A DNA stretch of 64,000 nt from Nemertoderma westbladi (Eukaryota; Animalia; Xenacoelomorpha), in NCBI GenBank assembly GCA_032718475.1, contig JAUCBJ010005384.1:8714-72713 (forward strand). The letters are read 5' to 3'. Below the pieces are notes generated by a model. It had not been told where the DNA came from. It did not search any database and saw only the letters and a list, made by a program, of their open reading frames with translations. Position 1 is the stretch's first letter. Each line of letters opens with the position of its first letter. Made by a program: the position numbers and the translations under genes. Positions 36,544 to 49,600 of this stretch are shown one piece after another.

Positions 36544-39046
36544 GGGGTGGACAGCAACCCACGATACACCCAGGGGGTGGACAGCAACCCATGGTACACA
36601 CAGGGGCTGGACTGCAACCCATGGTACACCCTGGGGGTGGACAGCAACCCACGGTACACCTAGGGGGTGGACAGCAACCCACGGTACACACAGGGGCGGT
36701 CAGCAAACCACGGTACACCGAGGGGGCGGACAGCAAACCACGGTACACCAAGGGGGTGGACAGCAACCTACGGTACACCAAGGGGGCGGACAGCAACCCA
36801 CGATACACACAGGGGGCGGACAGCAACCCACAGTGCACCAAGTGGGTGGACAGCAAACCACGGCACACCCAGGGGGCGGACAGCAACCCACGGTACACCA
36901 AGGGGGCGGACAGCAACCCACGGTACACCCAGGGGGCGGACAGCCACCCACGATACACACAGGGCAGGGGGCGGACAGCAACCCACGATACACCAAGTGG
37001 GTGCACAGCAACCCACGATACACACAGGGGGCGGACAGCAACCCACGGTACACCTAGGGCGTGGACAGCAACCCAGGATACACACAGGGGGCGGACAGCG
37101 ACCCACGGTACACCAAGTGGGTGGACAGCAAACCACGGTACACCCAGAGGGCGGACAGCAACCCACGGTACACCAAGGGGGGCGGACAGCAACCCATGCT
37201 ACACCAAGGGGGCGGACAGCAACCCATGATACACACAGGGGGCGGACAGCAACCCACAATACACCAAGTGGGTGGACAGCAAACTACGGTACACCCAGGG
37301 GGCGGACAGCAACCCGCGGTACACACAGGGGGTAGGCTGACCCAGGGGGCGGCAGAGGAACGTCACCTTACACAAAAATGGTTCGCAGATGATGGCAACG
37401 TTGCTGGTGGACTCCAAACTTTAAGAGAATACTGGGAGAAGGTAAACGGAATTGGCCCAGGATATGGATATTTCCCTAACTCGGTGAAATCGTACCTGAT
37501 TGTGAAGGATGAGCATAGAGCGAGGGCGGAGGAGATCTTCGCAGGATCCGGCATTCAACTGACAGATGGACATAGGGTGCTAGGGTCCGTCATAGGATCC
37601 CAGAGGGCCTGCCAGGCATTCATATCGGAGTGAGTGGATCAGCTATGCGAGCAGTTGGTGCGACTGAACGATTTCGCCAATGCAGACCCCATCCCGCATA
37701 CAGCTGCCTCATAAAAGGCATGCAACCAAAGTTAACATACTTATCCAGGACCATCCCAGGTTTTGCAGACAAGCTTGGCGCAGTGGAGGACTACATGGTG
37801 GATGACCTGATACCAACTCTGACTGGAAGAGCACCCCCCGGAGCTGTTGAGAGGGAACTGCTCGCTCTGCCCCTTAGAGAGGGTGGCCTCGCGATATCCC
37901 ATCCTCAAGACCTAAGTGAGTGCTACACCGCATTGAGAAGGATCTGCGAACCCCTCGAATCCCTTGGGTCAGTCCAACCACGTATGCTACAGCGGCCTAT
38001 AGTTCGGGAGGTGACGCGAGAAAGGGAAGAGAAACTTAAAGTGAAGGCTGTAGCTCTAAATGAACAGCTGTCAGAAGACTCAAAATACCTCCGGGCACTA
38101 TCACGAGAGAAAGGAGCCTCATCGTGGTTAACAGCTATACCAATTCTTAAATACGGGTTCGCCCTACACAAAACCGCCTTTCGGGATGCCCTGTGTTACA
38201 ATATGGATGGCTGCCACCAAGGCTCCCCTCTCATTGTGTATGTGGCGAGGAGTTCTCCATCTCTCATCCCCTACATTGCCCAACGGGGGGATATCCCAGC
38301 ATCCGCCACAATGAGATAAGGGACTATCTAGCCGAACTGTTGAACGATGTCGCCCATGATGTGGAGAGCGAACCACACCTCCAACCAGTGGAAGGCGAGC
38401 AGTTCCGACTCGCAAGCACTTCCAGAGACCTAGACACACGGTTGGACGTAGCAGCATCCGGGGTCTGGGGGGGGGGGGGGGGGGAGGTTTGAGAGAGTTT
38501 ACATCGATGTAAAAATATTTAACCCGTTGTGCGCCTCTAACCCTCGATCGATCAGCGCCTCATACAACAAACACGAGCGGGAAAAACGCCGAAAATATGA
38601 GGACAGAATAAATGAAATCGAACACTCTGCTGGTTTTTGCGCTTTCGTTATGGCAGCAACGGGCGGGGCTAGTCGAAGTGCTCACGCACTCATCAATCGG
38701 GTATCTCTCCTCCTCTCCGCAAAGCGGGACACTCCATACTCCCAGACAGTATCCCTGGTCCGCACGAGGCTAAACTATGCCCTGTTGCGGTCTTCTGTAA
38801 TGTGCATGCGCGGGGCCCGCATACCCAAGACCCGTCGATGTCCTCAACCACTGAGCGAAACCGGGATCCTCTGTGCGGTGACAGAGGGCCGGGTTTGATA
38901 ATGGAACTTTTGGGGCGCCAAAATAACTCGATTTATGTATTATATTAAAGTAACTATATTAAAATCTGGTATCATTGTGCTTTTTATTATTAAAAATTGT
39001 TAATAAAGATGTTGAGTGAGGAGGAAAAAAAAACAAAAAAAAAACA

Positions 39047-39243
39047 GTAAACCCTTCCACTCTGATTCCCAAGTTGCCTTGGTTCCCATTTATCGACCAC
39101 TGAAGGATGAAAGCCAGGTTTGGGTTAGGCTGCAGCATTTAAAGCACTGTGCCCAAACAGTGCTGCCCCATCTAGGGAACGAACCAGTGCCTCCTGATTG
39201 AAAGCCCAGGAATGTCACCACTAGACCAAGCTGCTGCTTGGTC
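39047..39243 (-). mobile_element. tRNA-derived SINE
   Basis: Minus-strand A box TGGTCTAGTGG and B box GGTTCGTTCCC, with central CTTTCATCCTTCAGTGGTCGATAAATGGGAACC. Confidence 0.7.
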
Positions 39244-39479
39244 GTCGCGTAGCAGATAGGAGTAGCGCCCACCCCTACCTTCGGGTAGCAGATATCGAAA
39301 GAGGAACCTTAGGGTCGCCTCCGGCTTCGGCAGACTGTTTGATTGCTTGAAGGTTCTAAAAAACATGGCAAATTCTTTCTACTGTAATTATATGTTATAG
39401 TTTATTATTTATGTTAATTAACTACAGTATTTACATCATTGTGTGCAAAGTAGCACTTCGCAGCGTTATGACCAGAGTT

Positions 39480-40238
39480 TATTTATGTACCGAGCGAGCG
39501 CAGCGAGGGAGGTTTACATAAATAATGTAATTTTGTTACATTATGTCAACTTTAGCTTTCGGTATGTGAAGAAAGGATTTTAAGGATACTCTCATTTAAA
39601 CATTTTAATCATGTACTAATTCGAATATAAGTGAAATTTATACACAGTATTAATTAAACATTATTTATATCTATCTAATTAAAGTTTATTGTTGTTATCT
39701 CCTTCGTGGATGTGATAAATCTTTGATCCATCGTCGACTGAAACAAACTGAGTCTCCGTCTGTGTCCGTTCAGTGCACTGTACACTGTCGCCATATTTTC
39801 TTTGCTCATTTTCTCATAAATGTCTTCTATAGGACGTATGGAATACACAGTCTTACACGTTAAACAATTATTTACATACAGCAGCTAGTCCTGTCACTTC
39901 AAACTGGACGCACGCATTATACAAACACGTGCTGCTTTATTGAATAAAAAGCACACATTAATATAAATGGAAATAATACATTCTGGAATACGGTAAATGA
40001 AGTTGTTTCCATGCCATTGATTACTTTGCAGCGTTCCGTCCTATAGGCCGCAACGCTGCAAAGTAGTACTTTGCAGCGTTACGAGCAATTCACAAGAACG
40101 CTGTTAAGTTGACATAATGTAAGAAAATAATATTACTTACGAGAACTCAGTGCTTGGAGCTACAGCTTGGATCGACTACAAACATTACTGCAGATTCCCA
40201 ACTTTTTGTAAAATCTATCATCGTTAGTACATAAATAT
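39480..40238. mobile_element. MITE-like element(s) with nested inverted repeats
   Basis: Outer TATTTATGTAC/GTACATAAATA, inner ACATTATGTCAACTT/AAGTTGACATAATGT, plus internal TGCAAAGTAGTACTTTGCAGCG palindromes. Confidence 0.5.
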
Positions 40239-40907
40239 ACCGTTAAATAATGACATATTATGTTATATTATTGTTAAAGTTCATATAATAGATTCAACAT
40301 TCATTAATTAACATTCGTTAAAGATCACCCATGTTGGTGTACAAGTATTCCATTAGGAAACATAGTGAACGTGTTTACTGTGGAAGATCACTCATGGTGG
40401 TGAACAGGCATTCCTTGGCTTAACTAGCCTAAAAGATTCTCCCATTCTGCCATTTATTACAGTTTTTTTGTTATACATCCACACGACAGTGTGAGTCGGA
40501 TGAGTAGAGTTTATATGTATTTGTTGCCTAGGTTTCTTCTGTTTCTGGAATTGTGTTTATTTATTAATATTGTGCTCCGCGATTTGTTCTCAAATAGGCA
40601 TACTGATTTGCCGGTACTGTGTTGCGCATTGTGTGATTGAATAGTAGGTCAAGTAGGAATAAGTACCGTATGTACTGTACCACTAATGATCTGATCTACC
40701 TAAGTTCGCTAAAAATAATAAATATTGGCTAATAAATAAATAGAGAAAACATTAATAATAATATATGTACAAGTTCAGAGTATCAGCTGCTTTGTTGCCC
40801 TAGCAATGTGTAAACAAAGAGCGATAATTAAAGATAAACAGATAAAAAGATAAACAGTAATGTCACCCTATTGTTTAGCAAATCAGATTTGAGAATAAGC
40901 GAGAACA

Positions 40908-41390
40908 CATGAGGGTACCTACTTTTGCAGTTTTCCCCCCACATTTTAAAAATTTTCCTAATGGTGATTTTACTGAATTATTTCATGTGTAAATGTTCTA
41001 TAAACGTCTAAATGTTTTCTTTAAATGTCTTCTAAATGTTTTCTAATGAAAAATTTTGTTTTTTCAACAAAATAAATGTTCTAGAACATTAGCTATAAGT
41101 AGCTAATTTCAACAAATAATTAACATATAAATTAATTAGTTTATAATTATTAAAAAATAATGTTTACGTATCTATGATAGCATTGTTCATTTGAAAAATT
41201 TTGCAGTCAAAATTTTTTTTTAATAGCTAATGTTCTAGAACAAGATTTTGATAATAGTTTTATTGGAAAACCTTTACAAGATGATTAGAGAACATATATA
41301 CATGCAATAATCCATAAAATGTATTGTTATAAAATGTTATAAAATTTTGAAAAATGTGGGGGAGGGGGGACTGCAAAAGTACCCACATGA
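40908..41390. mobile_element. MITE
   Basis: CATGAGGGTAC..TACTTTTGCAG..CCCCCACATTTT is inverted at the right end as AAAATGTGGGGG..CTGCAAAAGTACCCACATG. Confidence 0.6.
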
Positions 41391-42066
41391 TAAACACACA
41401 ATATTGCAATGTTCAATAACAATACGGTAGTTCTATGGGGTCTACAGTATGCTGGAAATGAGTCGTGAGATGTTCTTTTCTATTTTTTCATATTTGTTAC
41501 AAGGGGCTTTCCTTGTTTTTTGAGTTTCCACACTCATTGCCTCTACAATAAGGAAAGTCGACGACTAAATCTGTGCAACTATGTACTATGTATATTTTTT
41601 ATACAGTAGCTACGATTTTACTAAGGAAAATTTATTAAAATTAATAAGATGGAAAACAACGAAAATATATTAAGTTTCTTTTTTCATGCCGTTTCTATCT
41701 AATTTAATGATGCTCGCATGGCTTTTGGTGATGTAATTTTGTAAGAGTTATCTTTCTTACGAATACTGGAGTACAATTTAATGTGAAATATACATAATAA
41801 AAATGAATCCCTCTCCAGGGGAAATTCGATGCAAATAAAGGCTGATTACTCTCAAAAATAAAACTGTATCCTGTTCTATTGTGTTTAGTTTATTGTTTTG
41901 GTTAAAATAACATGCCACTGTAACCTGCTCCTTTCCCTAAATTGACAATTTAACATTGAGGCGGGAGATGAATTCGCCAAGGCGGTTTTGACGTCCAGTT
42001 TTCCACCATGTCTCTTTAGATTACACAGTGAAGGAGTTAAGTCATGATATACTTAAAATATATTCA

Positions 42067-44168
42067 ATGAACATGATGAATAATATCATTAGATCAATAT
42101 TAAATAAAACAAGACGATTGCAAATACGATTGGGTCTTATAACTATCCTCATAAGTCTCGTGTTCGTCTTGGTCATTATCAAAATACCAAAATCCGAAAT
42201 CGTCAGCCTCAGCCTCATTATCGACTCGTCCAACCTAAACATATCATGGATGACTTACGACGACAAGGGTTACTACGTCCCGAATGTTGTCCACTTTGTT
42301 CAGTTCGATAACGGGAATATTTCATTTCCTATGGCTCTCTGCATTCTGGCAGCCTCCCGAAACATTAATCCTACTGTTATTAAAATTCACACCAATGTGC
42401 AATTGACTGGACCTTATTGGATGGAGGCATCGCGCAGACTTGGAAAGCGAATAAGTGTTAGCATTAATATTTAAAATTATTACCTATCTTTAATATAATA
42501 TTTGATAAAAGCAACGGCCGATTTACACGTGGCAACTTTTAAAGCAACTTGTAGAGCAAGAGAAACCCAGGTTGCCGATTAAGTTGCTCCGGGTAAACAT
42601 GTAAGTTGCTGAAAAAGTTGCCATAAAAGTTGCTGTTAAGGTTGCCAAGTGTAAACTGCGATCAAATTAAGTTGCTCGAAAAAAGTTGCTAGATGCCGAC
42701 AAAGTTGCTCAAAAAGTTGCCACGTGTAAACCGGCCTTTAGTTGATATTGTTGATAAGTGGATATTTAATGTACAAAGTAGATAAAGTATATCAACGACA
42801 ACGGACATGTAGGGACGCCATATTAATCGCAATATAATCAAAGCGAATATTATATTGGTGAGGTAATTTTAAGCAATATAAATTTCAAGCACATCTACTT
42901 TAATGAGGGCGTTCATATACTTTACAACTGTGTAACTTAGTTAGGTCGGGTGCCATCTTCGCCCACGTCCATCCTTCACCCGATTGTGAGAGAGGATCAG
43001 GTTACAGAGACGGCTTTTTCTAACCAAAGCAATAAACGATGTTGTTAACACTCATTTTGAGAGCGAAGATTGGACACGGGTGTAGATTGGACGCGGGCGA
43101 AGTTTGCTCCGTACCCATTTAGTTATGGCTACCGGTTGAGGAGAGTGAGTAGTTTGGCTCTAAAAGTTTATCTCACTCCACTTTTTAGGTTGTCCCGGCT
43201 AAAAAACCAACAGAAATATCGGGGAAACCAGTAAGGGTTGTGCAACACGCTTCTGATATATTCCGAATCCAGCTATTGATAGCGGAGGGGGGAATCTATC
43301 TGGATAACGACGTACTAGTGGTTAATAGTTTCCAGAGGTTCAGATCCCTCAATGTCTGCTCAATAGGGCTGCCAAGGGATGTAGACCCTGAAGCATTTAT
43401 TGGCAATCAGATATTGGTGTGCCCGCCCGGTGACTCATTTATGCGGCAATATTTGGCGACATATGAATCGAAGTTTGATGATAGTTTGTGGTACTACAAT
43501 GCGGGTGAGTAGTAAAACTAATGCTATTATATATTTTCTAACGGCTTCTTATCAACAATGTAATGATTACAATATGACGAGCTCATATTAGAAATAGAGC
43601 AATAAAAATAAGAGTCTGTGAAAGTATGGAATGTTCATTTTGCAGCATTCAGCAATGGCAAGAAATTATCAATTGGAAAAATTTAATGATGATTATACGT
43701 ATCATAGTCGCTCTCTTTTTATCCAGCAATTTTTAACAAACATAATCAACCAGTACATCCTCACCTGCAACAAAGATTTATTCATCATTATAATATAACT
43801 AGGGCCATCATCTGAAGCTATCACACCAATCCCCCCATTCATAAAGATTGTGAGGAATTTTTAGCATTTTAGCAATTGGGGATGGATGGTGTGGCAGCCT
43901 GTAATAATAGACCCTCGTGGCAAAAATACATAAATTGTATTGTGCAGGTAAAATGTTCCTTCTTTGTTATGTGTTAGGCGAAGTTCCCACCGTAGACCTG
44001 ATACTGCCACACCCAGAACTCGTGAATGCTGTGCCCGATTCACAATTCGGAGTCTCTCTCGGCATCTGTGGGAGACTCTTCACGGCAGTTTCCAAGCCAA
44101 AGTGGAATCTTTGGAGAAACTACATCGCAATGCATCTGTTCTACAACTGGAGAGAGTCGTTGGCTAAG
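42067..44168 (+). CDS. DXD sugar-binding glycosyltransferase (alpha-1,4-GlcNAc/Gal-transferase-like); three exons seen, last exon not located
   Basis: Exons about 42067-42456, 43189-43504 and 43948-44168 with GT-AG borders and matching phases (0 and 1). Type II TM anchor, VPNVVHFV and HASDIFRIQLLIAEGGIYLDND motifs. Start Met uncertain. Confidence 0.85.
42516..42736. mobile_element. Intronic PIF/Harbinger-like MITE
   Basis: TIRs GGCCGATTTACACGTGGCAACTTTT / AAAAGTTGCCACGTGTAAACCGGCC with internal AAGTTGC repeats. Confidence 0.75.
42945..43116. mobile_element. Intronic MITE
   Basis: Imperfect TIRs CTTCGCCCACGTCCA / TGGACGCGGGCGAAG. Confidence 0.55.
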
Positions 44169-45797
44169 GTAATTGCAGTTAACAGTTATATCCAATACAT
44201 TTTCCGTTTTGTGTAGAACTTGACAGCATCGCGATACTTGAAAGATTTTAACTCACGCTGTCTGGCTGTCAAGTAGCGATACTTAATTAATCTACATAGG
44301 CAGAATAATACTCGTACTTGGGCCCGTAACAAGGAATTTTTTAGTTGGGTTTGGGTAGGAGGGGAAAATCAGGGTAAATTTTAAAAACAAAGCCTACTCT
44401 AGTATATAGGCCTATTATGTTAATATATTTTTATTACAACATTATTTAATCGCCACGGATTCTGTGAGCGGAAGACGCCAATAATTCCGTCAAAATCATC
44501 TGCACCTATCATACCAGAATCAAAGCAAATAAGTGTCAATGCTTCCATCGGAATGCTTCCGCAGTTTCGACGTTTACCCTATAAAATTATGTAATTGAAA
44601 AAAAATGGAAAACTTAAAAAAAGCGTAGAACTACACTAACAATACTGCAATAATACCAGCCTCAACACAAGATACACTACAACTAAACAGCACACAACAC
44701 ACTATGTGACGGGATCCGAGAGGATCCCGGTTAATCCGGTGTTGGTTGTGTACGCGTCCCCGCCGTACCGTGATGGAAAAGAGTTTGTGTTGCTCCGACG
44801 TTATTGTTAATATATGAAATACAGTATAAATAGGATGATAGCAGATAGCAGTTAATGATGGTAATGTACCGGTAATATGGTGACGGCGGTGACGGTCCTA
44901 ACTGTCACCGTACTGCCTGACTGTACTGGGATAACTGAATGAAAGCTGCATCGACCGGTAATATATATATTGCACAGTTGGCCATATTGCAGTATTGCTA
45001 CTCAGCCGATGCTTCCCCCCTGATTGGCTAATATCCCTGTTGGCACCCTTTGGAGTGTTTCCCTTCACTCCTTGTGTTCTCTCTCGGTTAGGGGTTTGGC
45101 CCCTGACCCTCGTTGTGTGTTTCTCCTTCCCATTTTGTTGGGGTGGCACGAGTGGTTGATTACCCAACCTCGTGGCCCCCAATATTGCTTAATGGTTTAC
45201 TTTATGGGGTTTGGTGAGGCGGAATTGATTCGCTAACACTCCCCCCATGCTATCTTCCCGGTGAGAAGATAGCATCAACCTCTAAGTGCGCTTCAATTCC
45301 GCTGGAACTCGATCTATTATCGGGTGTGGGGTGCAGTTATTTTCTTGGAGTCGGCTTTCCAGGCCGCTCCCTATGGGTATGATCTCACTACCCTCTGGCG
45401 TCTCGTGTCGGGCCGATCGTGCGCTTCTCTCACCTCTCCCCACACCTGAATCGCACTCTTCTCTCTCGCCAACAGTTCCTTTCACTATCTCCTCTCTACT
45501 CCCTGCCACTCTCTAAGGCCCTGACCTCTAATGCTACCCCTGTGCTATCATACTATCTACCCTATCTAAGGTCTAACTTGCTAACTATCTAACTTCTCTA
45601 ACTCTAACTAACTCCTAACTCTACTAACTACTATCTCTACTCTCTGCTAACTCTTACTACTTCTAGCTCTAACTAAAAGCCTCTAACTTTCTACTAACTC
45701 TAATTAGAACTCTCTAACTCTCTACTAACTCTAGCTAGCTCTAATTCTAACTCTACTAACCACTAACTCTTTTCTAACTCTGACTAAAATCCTCCAT

Positions 45798-46285
45798 CTA
45801 CGTGGCGCTTGTGGTGCCCACAACCATTCTACTACTACTTCTACTCTGCTACTAACTCTCTACTTCTACTAACTCTCTCTAACTCTTACCAACTCTTCAA
45901 CTACGTGGCGCTTAGGGTGCCCACAACCCCTTTACTACAATTTCCATCTACGTGGCGCTTCCGGTGCCCACAACCTCTCTACTACTGCTTCTAACTAAAA
46001 ACCTCTTACTAACTCTACCTCTATCTATGTGGCGCTAACGGTGCCCACAACCACAACCGGTACTACGTACCCTCTTACTAACTCTACCTCCATCTACGTG
46101 GCGCTAACGGTGCCCACAACCACAACCGGTACTACGTACCCTCTTACTAACTTTACCTCCATCTACGTGGCACTAACGGTGCCCACAACCACTCTACTAC
46201 TACTTCCGTCTACGTGGCGCTTGCGGTGCCCACAACCTCTCTACCACTACTACTTTCTACGTGGCGCTTCCGGTGCCCACAACCC
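45798..46285. repeat. About eight dispersed copies of CTACGTGGCGCTnnnGGTGCCCACAACC in C/T/A-rich low-complexity DNA
   Basis: Direct inspection of the BEL element internal region. Confidence 0.8.
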
Positions 46286-46600
46286 CCCTACTACTACTCG
46301 TGGCATGACAATATGCCACACTCCCTTACCCCGCCGCCTTCTAACTTACTCTCTTATCTTCTAACTACTTCTTACTTCTACTAACTATTATTTTAATTAT
46401 TTAATTATTTATTAATATTTATTTAAATTAAATAATTAATTTTTGTGGGAAGGGTGTCTCGCCCTCATTCCCACCCCCCTCAGTCCAAAATATTGGACGA
46501 CTAAACCTCCTAATTAGGGCGATTCTTCCAACAGGCACTCTCCCACTGCTGCTCTTGTAGGTCCTGTAGGACTCGCTGCACTCTCTTCGCCAATTCCATC

Positions 46601-49600
46601 TCACCAGGAATTGGTTCTCCCTCTTCTGCCACCCTGAAATCGGGTCTCTCCGCCGCAGTCTCCCACCAGCAGAATGAATAGAAAGTGAAAGAACAGGCAG
46701 AACAGAAGGTACAATAGTAGTCCTATCCCCTTCCATCCTGCCTTCCTTCTCGACTTCCCCCTTGTCGGTATGCCTCCAAACCTGACCTGCATCTCTTCCG
46801 GACACTCCTCTGGACACTCCCCCGGAGTGTTGTCCTCCGGACACCTCGCCGTCCGCTCCGCTCCATCTCCATACCGATGCTTGCTGGGAAGCCTACTCTC
46901 CTCTGCCCACTTTCTTACTGTCACCTCCCTATCTGGCTCTACTACCTCTTGTTTCTCCTCTACTTCCTCTGCGTCTTCGGTGCCTGGTATCATGCACCCA
47001 GATGTCTCTGTCACACTGCATATGATATTGGTCTTAACTGGGCCGCTAAGCGTCCATCCGAACGGCGTGAGGATCGCCGTCGGGTCCCGCTGCCTGTCTT
47101 CGCCGAAGACCGTCTTCATCCTCTCATGGGCCGTCGGGCAGTCCATTCCTACTATAATGGACACCTTCCTAACGTCCACCTTTGGTATTGAGAAATCGAT
47201 ACCGTCCAGGAATCTATACTGCTCGACCTCAATGTTGGTTGGTCGCCTAGCGTTGATATTTATCGATTCTATGACGTGGATGGGGTCGATCGTCGCCCCA
47301 TAGTCGCATCCCGGTGCAATCGCTGCTATCCTGCACCGCCCCGTCCTCGTCTCCAGGACCTCATCTTTACTCGAGACGGTAGATACCGCCATTCTATTCG
47401 GCCTCGTCTTTAGCCCTATCTCTTCGGCCACCCAGTTCTCCACCAGCGTGAAGGCTGCTCCGCTGTCGACCAGCATTAATGTCGTTACTGATCGACCGCC
47501 CTCTCCTGATATCTTTACTGGTACTACCCCGAGTAGTACTTTTCTCTTCTTCTTCTCTTCTGTCATGCTTCTAGCTGCTGTTTGGCCTCCAGTCTCCTCC
47601 TCTCTTGCTGCTGTTTCTCTACACTCTCCGGGTCTGTGTCCTTCTACCACACATCGATGACATAGTCCGTTTGCGTCTGTGTAGGCTACACGATCTTGTT
47701 TGGGCAACGCTTGCCAGTGCTTACAACTCCTGGTCTTATGGGTTCCGTCCCGATGTAATTGACATTTGAATCCTGGATTATAGCGTTCCCTGTATAGTCC
47801 CTCACGTATCGCGCCTAGGTTTATATGTACCGATTTAGTGTTTTGGTTGTCTGTATTCGGCCTACTGGGTATGTTGGGATTATGTTTATTTATGTTGTTA
47901 TTTTCTTTCTGTCCCTGCCACGGTGTGGCCCTACTACCAGCTAACCGTGGACTAGCAGTCCCCTGTGTGGCCGCATGTGGTAGTGACTGTCCCACTCCCG
48001 AGAATGGGTCTGTCGGATTATGTTCGGGTTTAGGCCTGTTGTATTCGATCTTTGGCGCCTTCCCCAAACTATCCTCGCTATAGACTGGATCTGTTATTAA
48101 CTCAGCTTCGTAGTTTAGGAAGCTTGACATCTCTTCTAAACCTGGTTCCGCACCCTTCTTATCTCGAGTGGAGAAAGCGATTTTTCTCCACTTCCTTCTT
48201 AACCAGATCGGCAGTGCCTGCGCTATCGTGGTGATGTTGTTAGACGCGTTGAGTTCGTATGGTGCGTCTAGCGTCTTTAACACGATTAACGCCTTCTCGA
48301 CCTTGTTCGCAAAGGTCCTTATGCTAACGGGATTATCCTGTAGGCCACCCGATGTTATGCCTCTCAGGGTTTGCTGGATGATCTTGGCTGGGTGCCCGTA
48401 TTCCCTATCTAGCGCCCGCCATGCTGTCGTGAAGCCGCCCTCGATGCCCTGGTATTGCCTCATGATGTCGTATGCTGGGCCTCCTGTATATACTTGCAGA
48501 TACTTTAGGCACTCCGCCTGCGTCAAGTTCTTTGTTAGTATTTCATTACTATACATACGCCGAAACTGTAGGTATTCTTCTGGCCTACTCCCATCGAATT
48601 TAAACGGTTCCACGGGTGGTAACTTGATCCTAGTTTTTAACGCATCGATTAATGTGGCCATTCCCATCGCTTGCGCTTCTAATGGGTTCGATGGATGTTG
48701 TGTAGTTTCTCCTGTTGGGTGCGGTCCGTCCGTCCTATCTGTTGACTTTGCTTGTTGCGTCGGATATATCATTGGGGGTAACGGCCCCTTCCATATTTCC
48801 GTGTCGCACGATCTGCTCTCGTCCAAGGGGTTCGATGTTCTCGCTCTTATTGGGGTATATTGTTGATATTGTGATGGGGGAATGTCACCCTGCCCCCCCC
48901 CCCCCCCCACCGGTATGTTTAGTACTGGGGTTGATGTTAGTATATTGGGGCCCATGCACCTATCCGCAATAATTCCCCCCTCCCCTGGATATATGTAATG
49001 TCCTTGTGTATTATAGTCATGCTGCTGTACCGGTACCGATATAGGCCTATCTGCTTCTTGCCTACCTACCGGTATGTACTCCGCGACTTCCGGGTTTAAT
49101 CCCGTCGTCCGCGCTACCCTATCGCCTACTCTATCTCTCCCAGAATGGCCTATAATAGTATGTGCAGTAAGGCCTACAGTATGTCCTGCAGTCTGCATGT
49201 GCCCTTCCGAACCGAAGTTTATTCTTCGCGAATCTCGAATCTCCCCGCGACTACCGTACTCTCGATCGGCAGCTATATCCCGTCGGGAAGCTTCTCTTCG
49301 ATCCCCTATCCTGCTCTCGTCTTCGTATCGGTACATCCTGTACCCCTCTCTTGGCGTGTGGTGCGTTTCTCCGGGGCGACGGCAATCTCCCGAAGTCCGA
49401 CCCCACTGACTCCCTAATTCCCTCTCTACTATCGACGGCTCGCTATCCGTCCTCGCTCTCCTATCGTCCGTGGCGACACTTCTTCTACTATCTTCTCTTC
49501 TTCTCTTTTCGACCTCTCGGTTAAACTCTACTAATCTTCTTCTATCTTCAACCCCTCTATTAAACTCTACTAATCTTCTCTCTTCTGACTGGGCTCGACG

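Larger units (their letters stand above)
31380..37350. repeat. 30-bp GC-rich minisatellite array
   Basis: Consensus ACCCACGGTACACCCAGGGGGTGGACAGCA in three blocks (about 31380-31912, 34249-35943, 36540-37350). Confidence 0.95.
28534..39044 (+). mobile_element. CRE-clade non-LTR retrotransposon (RT plus CCHC plus restriction-like endonuclease), broken by nested insertions
   Basis: VRPIGVGEVLRRIIGK, LLLDATNAF, GSTQGDPL, WFADD, GHRVLGS, CVCG..SHPLHC, RHNEIRD, RLDV, YIDVK and KHEREKRRKYE in order. AATAAA near 39002 and an A-rich tail at about 39025-39044. Confidence 0.85.

Noticed and set aside
31380-37350. CRISPR-like regular repeats
   Set aside because: Units are head-to-tail with no unique spacers, there are no cas genes, and the context is eukaryotic.
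31387-37417. Dozens of overlapping ORFs (PTVHPGGGQQ, CCPPPG, GWTATHGTPR repeats)
   Set aside because: By-products of a stop-poor 30-bp minisatellite read in six frames; units shift frame often and there is no gene context.
44898-45236. Duplicated ORFs here and at 51109-51447
   Set aside because: Incidental ORFs within the two LTR copies.
45798-46285. Repeat-spacer pattern resembling a CRISPR array
   Set aside because: Spacers are related low-complexity sequence of variable length inside an LTR element.
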